DNA of 64,000 nt from the NCBI GenBank assembly GCA_963674945.2, contig CAXXWQ010000003.1, positions 2,400,001-2,464,000 of the forward strand, written 5' to 3'. The translations under genes and the position numbers were made by a program. The stretch is from an uncultured Desulfosarcina sp. (GTDB lineage Bacteria > Desulfobacterota > Desulfobacteria > Desulfobacterales > Desulfosarcinaceae). Numbering within the stretch: position 1 is the stretch's first letter; each line of letters opens with the position of its first letter. Below, in pieces: positions 19,495-28,361 of this stretch. Under the pieces are notes generated by a model, which saw nothing but the letters and a program-made list of their open reading frames with translations, made no database searches and was not told the DNA's origin.

Positions 19495-21564
19495 CTATGT
19501 AATGTTACTCATCTCAATTTGGATACCTGTGAGAAGTCCATCCAACATACACTGCTGCAATATGAAATAGCAGTCACGAACTTCGCTTGGTTTCTTGCTT
19601 TCAAGGTCCTGCTTGAGATATGCCAACAGATCAGCAGACGCCCCAGAGGTGAGGACGAGGTGCACGCTTTCGTGCCGGTATATCTTAACCCTATGCAACG
19701 CGTGCCATAATCCCGGATATGCAGATTTGATCTCTGTCCAGTAGTATTGCCTATTGCCTATTGATGCTCCATAGTTCTCGATTGATTCAACAAAGCACTG
19801 GTTGCAAATATTGGTGAATAATTTGAACTCGCGTTCTGTGTTGACGACATCGGTATTGTAAAATTCGTCAGCCCTTGGAAAGGAGTTCGGGCCGAATACG
19901 CTTGGCATATTAGCCTGTTTTATAGCACACTCAAGAAGTCGAAAATCTGATGTTACTGTTTTTATACGCTTGTTCACCCAGGTGTGTCGATCCGATGGAG
20001 GAACCACTCTGAAGAGCGTCTGTCTCCCTTCTTTTCTCGCTAGCTCCATGCCCACATATCGGCCGACAACAGGAATCGTAATAGCAGGCCTATGGTATCT
20101 ATCCTTTCCAAGCAGGCCATAAGAGCGGAGATGCTTTGTGTACTCAGGATACGCGGCTAACTCCACGAAATCGTGTATTTGCCCCGATGCAAGCAGCTCA
20201 AGCATTTCATATTCGTCAGGATAGAATTGTTTTAGTTCGGAGACAACATGGCGACAGTAGAACATGAGCTCAGAGTCACGTTCAACTTCGTATGCTTCCA
20301 AGGAATCTCGTGTGAATTGAATTGGGCGCTCGCCTCCACGTTGTGTCACAAGTTGCCCCTCAGTGCTACACGCCATTCGCGTTAACAAAGGGTGGCCACC
20401 ATAGCGGCTATAGATGTATTTAACAGCGGTATGATCGAACTTCAAACCCATTCGCTTGCCGAGAGTGCGGATCATGTTCCGTGTTTCATCCTGTGTTAAC
20501 CCTGTCAGGAACTGGTAAGACACGATACCGAATAAAGGATTCTGAATGCCATCTACTGAGTCCATTTCAACAGCAGACGGATTAACGCCTGCGATCATGG
20601 CACAAAGCGACCGGTGCCTACTTTGACAAGCCCAGAATGTTTGCCAAAACGCAACAAAATCTTTACGCCAGTGCGGATCGTCCTGTGCGATTGGGGAAAT
20701 GTACTCGATTTCATCGAAAATCAGAAGGACCGGTTTGGGAAGTAATGCAGCCAATTGGTAAAGCACATCGGATGCGTGACGCTCATCGCAATTTCCTATA
20801 TTTGGTAGGCCAAAGCTTTGAGACAATTGCTCGCAAATGTTCTGAATAAGCTCATACCACCTGAGCTTCCGAATGGATGGTAGCTTACAGTCGAAATATA
20901 AGACCTCCGCAAGTCCGGCCTTATTGAGCATTCTTTCGAGTTTGAAAAGTAATGATGTCTTGCCGGTTTTACGCAGCCCAAAGATTCCTCTGTTCTCAGC
21001 ACGTTTTATCGAATCGAAAAGATTGACGGCAAGTTCTGATCGACCGAAAAAGTAGGTATCATACTCAAGCGGAAGGCGATAGTCGAAAAGGTCGCGACCG
21101 TAAAGCAATCTGCTTGTTTTATTACGAATGTACCATGCGTCGGCAGCGTGTGATCTGACCTCGCCTGCCGATAGTGGTATAATCAAACGGGACTCTTGGT
21201 TCATAGAGATATAGGATTGGATCCATTGTTCTGTATCCGTCGCTTCTGATACGAAATAATATGTAAGCTTTTCAACACGCCCACGTGCGGGATCATCGCC
21301 CATAAATGACTCCGCCGCTTGAATTGAGCGAGGCTCAATGCGTGGGTACTTAGAATACACAAGCATCACTTCTTGATCGAACCCATAGGCTTCAGACATG
21401 AAGGGCTCTGGGCTTAAAATATATACCGACAAATCGGTGTTGTAGGCGCGTCGATGCCGTGCCCACGTAACAAAAAAGGCGGGCAAGAAAGCCTTGAGGA
21501 AGTCCTCCTCATCGGGATAACGGTTAAGATGTTGCTCTCTAACTTCTGTTCGTATGGCACCCAT
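19495..21564 (-). CDS. STAND-like P-loop ATPase with C-terminal RxxxxH (HEPN-like) motif; candidate defence protein
   Basis: FFGR, Walker A GLRKTGKTS, Walker B LLIFDEIE, GGHP, C-terminal YRHESVH; oriented against the backbone. Confidence 0.75.
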   Translation of the reverse strand: MGAIRTEVREQHLNRYPDEEDFLKAFLPAFFVTWARHRRAYNTDLSVYILSPEPFMSEAYGFDQEVMLVYSKYPRIEPRSIQAAESFMGDDPARGRVEKLTYYFVSEATDTEQWIQSYISMNQESRLIIPLSAGEVRSHAADAWYIRNKTSRLLYGRDLFDYRLPLEYDTYFFGRSELAVNLFDSIKRAENRGIFGLRKTGKTSLLFKLERMLNKAGLAEVLYFDCKLPSIRKLRWYELIQNICEQLSQSFGLPNIGNCDERHASDVLYQLAALLPKPVLLIFDEIEYISPIAQDDPHWRKDFVAFWQTFWACQSRHRSLCAMIAGVNPSAVEMDSVDGIQNPLFGIVSYQFLTGLTQDETRNMIRTLGKRMGLKFDHTAVKYIYSRYGGHPLLTRMACSTEGQLVTQRGGERPIQFTRDSLEAYEVERDSELMFYCRHVVSELKQFYPDEYEMLELLASGQIHDFVELAAYPEYTKHLRSYGLLGKDRYHRPAITIPVVGRYVGMELARKEGRQTLFRVVPPSDRHTWVNKRIKTVTSDFRLLECAIKQANMPSVFGPNSFPRADEFYNTDVVNTEREFKLFTNICNQCFVESIENYGASIGNRQYYWTEIKSAYPGLWHALHRVKIYRHESVHLVLTSGASADLLAYLKQDLESKKPSEVRDCYFILQQCMLDGLLTGIQIEMSNIT

Positions 21565-21895
21565 TTTTTAATCTCCACATCCAGCCCAAACAGTTATTCA
21601 AAAGATCTGTATAACATCACCTCTGTAGTGTATTACAGAAACTCACCTCTTATTTCGGAACATTTTGATACTACCCCCAAAAATAAGGAAGTGTCAAAAA
21701 GATTTCAAAAAAAGGCACCAGATAGCTTTTGACTGACGTTCCGGTGCAAAAACTTCACTTGACACAGCCCCATCATTATGGGAAATGAGAAGAACAACGG
21801 CAAACTCCGTTGCCCGGTTTGGCGACCGGAAATAGTACCGAGGCTGATAAGCGCCCCCCATACTGTACAAGGCGTTTTTTTGTTGTATAGTAAGA

Positions 21896-21968
21896 GCGGG
21901 CCATACGCGGAGACCTTCGGGTCTGCCGGTTTCCTCGGTAACCGGTTCGCCAACCGCGTGTGGCCCGC
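21896..21968 (+). ncRNA. c4/CI-type antisense RNA
   Basis: 15-bp closing stem GCGGGCCATACGCGG/CCGCGTGTGGCCCGC; AGACC-TTCG-GGTCT; CCGGTT-TCCTCGGT-AACCGG; single-stranded TTCGCCAA. Complements lie upstream (21819-21825, 21836-21843) and downstream (21977-21983, 22010-22017). Confidence 0.88.
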
Positions 21969-22025
21969 CTTTTTGTTTGGCGACAATAAGGCGGACTCTT
22001 TAAATTTTAACCGAGGAGATCCGCA

Positions 22026-22295
22026 ATGCAAAACACCAGTCCCAAATCCACGCCCGCACCACCGACCGTCCAATTAACCGAAACAATCCAAACAGCCCAT
22101 GACTGCAGTAGCCACGCGAAAGCTCTCTTAGACCAACTAAATCTCTTACTAAACAAATCCCCCGAGAACAAAGAAGATGGATTCGCGCAAAACGTCCTGG
22201 CATTCGCCGGCGTCAACCAGGCACTGGGCTTCATATGCGACACTGTCGACGACCTTGAGAAGGCCATATCCCTTCTGGAAGGAGGTGCCTCATGA
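22026..22295 (+). CDS. Small helical protein, array member 1
   Basis: SD GAGGAG overlaps the downstream c4 target; ends LLEGGAS. Confidence 0.75.
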   Translation: MQNTSPKSTPAPPTVQLTETIQTAHDCSSHAKALLDQLNLLLNKSPENKEDGFAQNVLAFAGVNQALGFICDTVDDLEKAISLLEGGAS

Positions 22296-22567
22296 CAGTA
22301 CAAGCCATGGTATGCACCACCCCCAAACCATCCACCACCGATCGGCTCAAAGAGATCATCGACGAGGCCCAATATTTCGGCGCCCATGCCAAGGCGATGG
22401 TCAGGCAGTTAAGGGCCGCCATGAGAGAGACACCGCTCACCGTAGACGATCTGTACGCTCAAAGTGTCCTCGTTTACCACGGCATTGATTGGATAGAGGA
22501 AAATGTTGACAGTATCGTCAACGATCTGGACCGAGCCCTCAATCTTCTGAAAGGGGGTGCCATATGA
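22292..22567 (+). CDS. Small helical protein, array member 2
   Basis: ATGA overlap; HAKAM..L and VNDLDRALNLLKGG mirror member 1. Confidence 0.78.
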   Translation: MTVQAMVCTTPKPSTTDRLKEIIDEAQYFGAHAKAMVRQLRAAMRETPLTVDDLYAQSVLVYHGIDWIEENVDSIVNDLDRALNLLKGGAI

Positions 22568-22770
22568 CGATGACAGCTGATCAAGCCATGGTCACCATCA
22601 GCCGCGGCGGCCAAGCCCTGGGCTTCCTTGACGCCCTGGATGCCCTCTCGAAGCTTTCCCCGGCAACAGGCCACCCGGTGGAGACCGAAACCCTGAAACG
22701 GATCTATAACGAGCTGCAGCAACGATACGTCGAGCGATACCGGCCGAAAGGAGGTGCCGCATGCAAATAG
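22564..22770 (+). CDS. Small helical protein, array member 3
   Basis: ATGA overlap; shares QAMV with member 2 and QALGF with member 1. Confidence 0.72.
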   Translation: MTMTADQAMVTISRGGQALGFLDALDALSKLSPATGHPVETETLKRIYNELQQRYVERYRPKGGAACK

Positions 22771-22949
22771 CTGACAGAATCGAAAACTGTGCCCTCAGGC
22801 TGTATGTCGCTATGAGGATGGTCGACGACGATGACGATGAGATGATGGCTGAAGCGGTAACCAATCTATGCCTGATCATAGACGATGTGTTGGAACGGCT
22901 CAACGACATGGCCATGGAGATCAGGAAGGAAAGGAGGGCCACCGAATGA
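22761..22949 (+). CDS. Small acidic helical protein, array member 4
   Basis: AAAGGAGG SD; LCLIIDDVLERL helix. Confidence 0.75.
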   Translation: MQIADRIENCALRLYVAMRMVDDDDDEMMAEAVTNLCLIIDDVLERLNDMAMEIRKERRATE

Positions 22950-23170
22950 AACAAGACATTCCCGACTTAACCGTCGAATTTTCGGAAGTCATGTCACGAA
23001 TCGCATGCGTTCAAGAGATCCTTTTGCTCTCCAAAGAAAACGATTTAAGGGAAGGTATGCTTGACGCTGCTGCTGTGGTTCTCGGCGACGCGATGAGCGG
23101 CTTGGAGGCCATCGAAGCGGGGTTGTATAAGCCCACCGAAACAGTCGGTTTGAAAGGGGGTGACGAATGA
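22946..23170 (+). CDS. Small acidic helical protein, array member 5
   Basis: Start reassigned to ATG 22946 (MKQDIPDL) after AAAGGAGG with ATGA overlap. Confidence 0.75.
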   Translation: MKQDIPDLTVEFSEVMSRIACVQEILLLSKENDLREGMLDAAAVVLGDAMSGLEAIEAGLYKPTETVGLKGGDE

Positions 23171-23346
23171 TCAGAAACCTCCACGAAAGCATAAACGCGC
23201 TGAAGGCTATATGCTCCCTCTTGCTAAGTGTCGGTGCTGAAGACGGCGCCGAAATAGACCACGACGAAATGACCGGTGCAGGCCTCATCTTGGAAAATAT
23301 CATCGACGATCTTAAGGCATATGCAGAAAGGAGCACGGCACAATGA
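23167..23346 (+). CDS. Small acidic helical protein, array member 6 (59 aa, absent from ORF track)
   Basis: MIRNLHESINALKAICSLLLSVGAEDGAEIDHDEMTGAGLILENIIDDLKAYAERSTAQ; ATGA overlaps at both ends. Confidence 0.8.
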   Translation: MIRNLHESINALKAICSLLLSVGAEDGAEIDHDEMTGAGLILENIIDDLKAYAERSTAQ

Positions 23347-23552
23347 GACCAAGGGACCTTTATGAGAATATCAAAGCATTGAGAGCTGTAAGCCTCCTGT
23401 TGTTATGTGCCGGCAGTGACGAAAGTTTGCAGCTGCAACACGAAGAGCTCACGGGGATCAGCTATCTGGTTGATGACATCATTGATAACATCGTTGCCGA
23501 TATCGAAGAATCTGGTGCACCGGGATTTGGTGCGCCGGGAGATGATCAATAG
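23343..23552 (+). CDS. Small acidic helical protein, array member 7
   Basis: Aligns gap-free with member 6. Confidence 0.8.
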   Translation: MRPRDLYENIKALRAVSLLLLCAGSDESLQLQHEELTGISYLVDDIIDNIVADIEESGAPGFGAPGDDQ

Positions 23553-23631
23553 ATCCAGCACCACCATGGCCCCTGGCGGCGGATCCCAGGGGCCATGCCA
23601 CCAAGACCAAGCCAAGCCGTAGGGGGCGAGG

Positions 23632-24165
23632 ATGGCAAGAAAACACGACAACGGGTATGGCAAGGGAACATTCATCGATACCAAAATGTTCCTGTCTGAG
23701 GCATTCTTAAGCCTTGGACAGCCTGGAACTTCGCCGGCCATATCAAGCGTTTCCACGCAGGTCTTGATCATGATCCTTGGCAAGCGTCAATTCAGTAATG
23801 CCAAAGACCGGAAAGGCCTGAAAACCAAGCAGCGGACCGACGACAATAGATTTGCCCTTACTTACAAAGAACTTTTATCCTATGGTGCCAGGTTGGATAG
23901 AAATGGCAATAGGGTTAAGGGATGCATGACGATACCCAAAATCACAAGGGCGATTGATGAATTGTTGGCAAAAGGCTTCATTGAAGTCGTCGAGTATGGT
24001 GGCGCGTATGAAAAGCACAAATCGATTTATGCGCTCGTTGACGATTGGGCAACATGGAAGGTGGGTGATCCACCAATAAGAATAAGATCAAATGATGTCA
24101 AACGTGGGTATCAGGGCAAGCCCTTGGGGGCTGTTAAAAAACAATTTTCGCGCACACGAACGTAG
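23632..24165 (+). CDS. Winged-helix DNA-binding protein, possible replication initiator
   Basis: FALTYKEL...ITRAIDELLAKGFIEVVEYGG...SIYAL; followed directly by iteron-like repeats. Confidence 0.7.
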   Translation: MARKHDNGYGKGTFIDTKMFLSEAFLSLGQPGTSPAISSVSTQVLIMILGKRQFSNAKDRKGLKTKQRTDDNRFALTYKELLSYGARLDRNGNRVKGCMTIPKITRAIDELLAKGFIEVVEYGGAYEKHKSIYALVDDWATWKVGDPPIRIRSNDVKRGYQGKPLGAVKKQFSRTRT

Positions 24166-24317
24166 GCACCCACACGCACACCAACGTAGGCACCCCATCA
24201 AGGGGACACGCACATGAACGTAGGTACCCCAAAATAAGGGAAAATCGGTCTCATCCCCATGGTGGTGGGCGTTTGCGGTAATTTTTGCCTTTTCAGGGGT
24301 GCCTACGTCTGTGTGCG
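24151..24317. repeat. 21-bp iteron-like repeats, putative origin B
   Basis: CGCACAnnnACGTAGGYACCC at 24151, 24175, 24209 and inverted at 24297-24317. Confidence 0.85.
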
Positions 24318-24454
24318 CGTTAACATGTATTACCATGGAGGGGGAAAACATGAAAAAAGGGGTCCGAAGCGCGGTCGCCTGGATCTCGGCAGAAACGACC
24401 GGTCAATATTGTCAACGAGACTTCAAAAAAGGCTAAGCCAATCACGAAAGGATA

Positions 24455-24937
24455 ATGATGCAGAAATTTGAGAGAACAGCCTACCATGAAGCTGGCCACG
24501 CAGTTATTGCTTATCGATTCAACGTCTATATAAAAGAGGTTGATGTGATTCCCAACAGCGAAAGAAATGGCGTTGCTAAATGTTTTTTTTCTGATCGCAA
24601 TCCAGAGGATAATATCGTCATACTGTTCGCCGGCCATGAGGCCCAGATCGTCTTTGACCCAGATGATAAAAGCGATCCATCCATAGTGGACTATCGCGAG
24701 ATATGGGATATTTGCGATCGTGTTGGTATAGGCAACGGGGCACCTTACCGAGAATTGAAAAACAGGGCCAAACAAATGGTACTGGATAACTGGATAGAAA
24801 TACAAACGGTCGCAAAGGCGCTTCTTCGGTTCGAACGCATAACTGGCACTTTGGTTAAGGAAATTGTGGAGGATCTTGACCGAGGGAAGGATTATACAGC
24901 TGGATGGGAATGGCAGTGGCATCAGGGGACATTGTGA
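24455..24937 (+). CDS. Stand-alone M41 (FtsH-like) zinc peptidase domain protein
   Basis: ERTAYHEAGHAVIA (HExxH), LFAGHEAQ, VAKALL..ERITG. Confidence 0.8.
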   Translation: MMQKFERTAYHEAGHAVIAYRFNVYIKEVDVIPNSERNGVAKCFFSDRNPEDNIVILFAGHEAQIVFDPDDKSDPSIVDYREIWDICDRVGIGNGAPYRELKNRAKQMVLDNWIEIQTVAKALLRFERITGTLVKEIVEDLDRGKDYTAGWEWQWHQGTL

Positions 24938-25137
24938 ATGGTGAAAATGGACTGACCATTGGTAGACTCCCTCTTCCTGATGGTTAGTCGGGCCACGGAC
25001 CAGGCCCGCCAGGTGACAGCGACCATCGATGGACAATGGAGATACTGACTAAGTTTTTCTTAGGCAGTTGGAATACCGTCGCCATTACCGACTGTATTCC
25101 CGGCCGGCAATCCAGCCCCGGCCCATCCACAATCCAC

Positions 25138-25387
25138 CAGGACGTCAAAAAAGTGTGAGGGCCTGGCAATACCGACCGATGTTTGGCAGGCAGGATGAAA
25201 GGGCGTCCATAGTAATGACGCGCCTGATGGCATCGGGTCAGCTCCACCAAGTGACAATGAAAGATGCCTCATTAGTAATGAGGCATTACGGGCGAATGAC
25301 GAAATAAACATCATCAACGAGCCTGGCCTCTACTCCCTGATCATCCGGTCCCGCAAACCCGAGGCCAAGGCCTTCAATCGCCGTTAA
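25138..25387 (+). pseudogene. Decayed BRO-N (antirepressor-like) gene
   Basis: Segments QDVKKV*GPGNTDRCLA / DE..KGVHSNDAPDG / IINEPGLYSLIIRSRKPEAKAFNR* across stops and frameshifts. Confidence 0.8.
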
Positions 25388-26006
25388 AAGGAATTATAAC
25401 CGCCCGAAAATACTTAAACCGAACGAAACGATCGGTTTAGAGTTTGGTCCCCGTGGCAAGTTGCCACCACCCTGCATTTAACGCAGGGTGTACACCCGGC
25501 CCAATCCAAATACGGCGAATCACCGTGTTTGACCTACTTATCCGTGTTGTCAAAGTAATACATCAGAGTTGCTGAGGTTTTAATCGGCCACCCCATCAAG
25601 TTGTCGGACATCTTCGTAACCTGGTGGCCTCACTAAAAATGTCGATGGTGGGAATGAAGAGGCAACCAGATAAGGACTTTCGCCAGTTCCGATGGCCATC
25701 AATATCCCCGGCCCGATAAATTCTCGGGTCAGGCACACCAGGTGACAGCGAATGTCGATGGGCCGTGGAAGCACTAACTACGTTTTTCTTTGGCAGCCAG
25801 GAAACAAACCGTCATTACTAATGACACTTTGACAAGCACCCGAAATTATTAAAAGGCGTTGAATCAGCGGGTTTGACAAAAAGCCCTCGTGGCTGGCACA
25901 ATCATTATCACCGAATCCGATCCAACTTGCCGACAGGCAGCCCCCATCACCGGCATGAAGTGGCCAATGAAAAACATCAGAATTTCCATCAACTTGACGG
26001 GTATCT

Positions 26007-26089
26007 AAAAGTAGCGAATCGCTACTTTTGGGATCCCCCGGCAAGCGCCGATCCCCGGCCCCGTCCAAAAGTGGTGAATCGCCACTTTT
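26007..26089. repeat. Two 23-bp palindromes 60 bp apart
   Basis: AAAAGTAGCGAATCGCTACTTTT (26007-26029) and AAAAGTGGTGAATCGCCACTTTT (26067-26089). Confidence 0.8.
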
Positions 26090-26648
26090 AGAAATCCATC
26101 CCAGCCGGCCGAAAATCTGAAATCGGTGAGACATTTCACATTGAGCCGAAAAATCGATAAAAATGATAGGTTTTTCCTATCATTGAGACACTAAAAATCG
26201 ACATGATAAATTTATTATTATTAGAGATAATTCAAATGGATAAATCGATTTATGGAGTGTAATTTGACATAAATATAGGTATCGGACGTTGTTGTATATA
26301 TTTGATTTGATTGGAAATAAAATTGCTAAAGTTGGTGGGCGTTATCAATTTTATCTTGACACACAGGCGATTTGCCGGTTTTTATGTGAGACACATGGGG
26401 CATTTTACCGTATGCAAGGTTTCCGGAACAGCACTGACCACCAATTTTACGGGTAGTGGGCAGCATCGCCGGCTGTCTCCAGGACAAACGTCAATGGATA
26501 CAAAACGGGCGCGCGATCCCCAAAAAGGAACGGCGGCGGTTAGAGAAGAAAACGAATCGCCTCAACCACCGTCCGGTATTTCCCCCGATTAAATAGCCGT
26601 TGTTAAGGATAAAAGTGTCACCTTAAAACCGTTTCGAGGGTCAGTTCG

Positions 26649-27350
26649 CTATTCGACGACTCTCGTCAGGATGGATACCCTTTGTTTACCAACGGCACCA
26701 CAACCGCCGCCGCCATAGAGCACGATTTCATCTTTCTTCATAGAGATCAACAGGGGGATTACCGAATTAATGACACCGCCGTTTAAGTGTGTAAAAGTCG
26801 CCAGCGAATCGGTATGAAATTCATAGGTCTGGCTGTCCTCCACGTGTGTGCACAGTCCGCTCGATCCCTCACCAATTGCGGCGAAAGATCCTTCAATCAG
26901 ATCGAAGGTGCCATCGTCATAAATTTCAACCAGTCCTGTCCCTGCGTGGGACACCTCATGATAGTTGAGATTGACGATACTCCATTTCCCTACGATGACA
27001 TCTGAAAATATCAGAGAAATTTCCTCAAGGGCGTCCTGGACATTATCCGACTCGATTTTAGAATTCGGTGCGTTTTCGAAAATAACGTCTTTCGCCATGA
27101 TTTGAGTCTCAGTGTCGACGTTATCGGCCTGGGCGAATGCTTTCTGCACCAGGTTGAAATCAAAGGGATTGGAGTCACTTGACGATTTGATCGTCGAAGC
27201 ACCATTTGTTTCGAACACAATGTTTTTCGCCAGGTATTTGGTGGGATTGTTGGATACGTTTTTTGCTGGCGTGCCATCTCCACCACCACATGAAATCAGA
27301 CCGACCATAAGCAGAAGATTCAGTGAGCAAACGATTATTCTCATAGTCAT
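26649..27350 (-). CDS. Putative lipoprotein with fibre-like motif
   Basis: Start reassigned (MTMRII); lipobox-like GLISC-GGG; AKDVIFENAPNSKIESDNVQDALEEI. Confidence 0.7.
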   Translation of the reverse strand: MTMRIIVCSLNLLLMVGLISCGGGDGTPAKNVSNNPTKYLAKNIVFETNGASTIKSSSDSNPFDFNLVQKAFAQADNVDTETQIMAKDVIFENAPNSKIESDNVQDALEEISLIFSDVIVGKWSIVNLNYHEVSHAGTGLVEIYDDGTFDLIEGSFAAIGEGSSGLCTHVEDSQTYEFHTDSLATFTHLNGGVINSVIPLLISMKKDEIVLYGGGGCGAVGKQRVSILTRVVE

Positions 27351-27835
27351 TTCTGTATTCTCCTCATTTCTTTGTGTGAAAGTCGCGTTATTTCTTAAAC
27401 CGTCCTTTGGGGCCAAAAGTAGCTTTTTTGAGGCCTGTTTTAATTCTTTTGCTTTCACATCAGGGAATTGGTTTGGTCTGACCCTTGCTCAGACAGAGTT
27501 CTGCACTACAAGGCCGTCATGCTTTGCGCACCAATACATATTGAGCCGTTATCGTACAGAATTTTGTCTATTTGACGGCCTCCGGCAGGGCCGCAAAAAT
27601 GCCGTCCGATAACGCGGCAATATGTCTCCCGCACAAAGCTCGCCCGCCCCTTGGCGCTTTCTGCGGTTTTTGCGGGGACTGGACTTTTGCTTTTTCTATG
27701 GCCCTGAAGGATCGGATCGATTTTGAGAAAAAAACGGCGGTTAAAGAGAAAATAGATTCTCTTAACCGCCGTTTGGCAAAATCAGATTGAATAGGATTTA
27801 TTGAGATATTCAGAGGTGGTCGGATTTTCCCCCAT

Positions 27836-28348
27836 CTACTGATCACTTTTTCTTCGGATAAAAAAATCTACTTCACCATATTTTTTTTCAAAAGTTGGAT
27901 CTGGATTATCAATTGAAACGATAGCGCTAACAGGCCTTCCAAAAGGGATATTATCTGGTACTTTATAATAACCCAAAATTACGCCGGATTCTTGTTTGTC
28001 CGGCCCCCCAAAACGGCTTGTCCACCTTGCAAATTTTTCTTCAAACACCGATTGATCATTTTCCATGACAGTCAGGCTTAAAACAGCACTACTTTCGATG
28101 GGAGTACCGAAAGGGGGTGGTCTTTTGATGTATACACCAATAAGGTAAGTGCCAACATAATTGTGGGTCAGTTGTAGGTTTTGAGAGCTACTCTTTCCAT
28201 CTATTGTGATTTGTTGTTTTACAATCGGGCTATACAGATCTGATGGCGGCATTACTGCTAATAGAAATTTGCTATGGGGTCTAAGCCAGTAAAATACAAT
28301 TACTGCCACAATCATTATTATAACTATAAAGGAGATTCTTTTTGTCAT
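27836..28348 (-). CDS. Putative RHS immunity protein
   Basis: Starts 13 bp after the RHS stop; N-terminal TM/signal segment; AT-rich. Confidence 0.65.
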   Translation of the reverse strand: MTKRISFIVIIMIVAVIVFYWLRPHSKFLLAVMPPSDLYSPIVKQQITIDGKSSSQNLQLTHNYVGTYLIGVYIKRPPPFGTPIESSAVLSLTVMENDQSVFEEKFARWTSRFGGPDKQESGVILGYYKVPDNIPFGRPVSAIVSIDNPDPTFEKKYGEVDFFIRRKSDQ

Positions 28349-28361
28349 ATCAATTTCCTTA

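Noticed and set aside
21778..22077. 99-aa 'ash-like' ORF
   Set aside because: It spans the c4-type RNA and its targets and lacks a clear SD, so it is better explained as an RNA shadow ORF.
22026..23552. Integron cassette array or DGR
   Set aside because: The genes overlap, leaving no room for attC sites; no reverse transcriptase or TR/VR pair is present.
26007..26089. Mini-CRISPR array (23-bp palindromes, 37-bp spacer)
   Set aside because: Only two non-identical copies, with no cas genes or leader.
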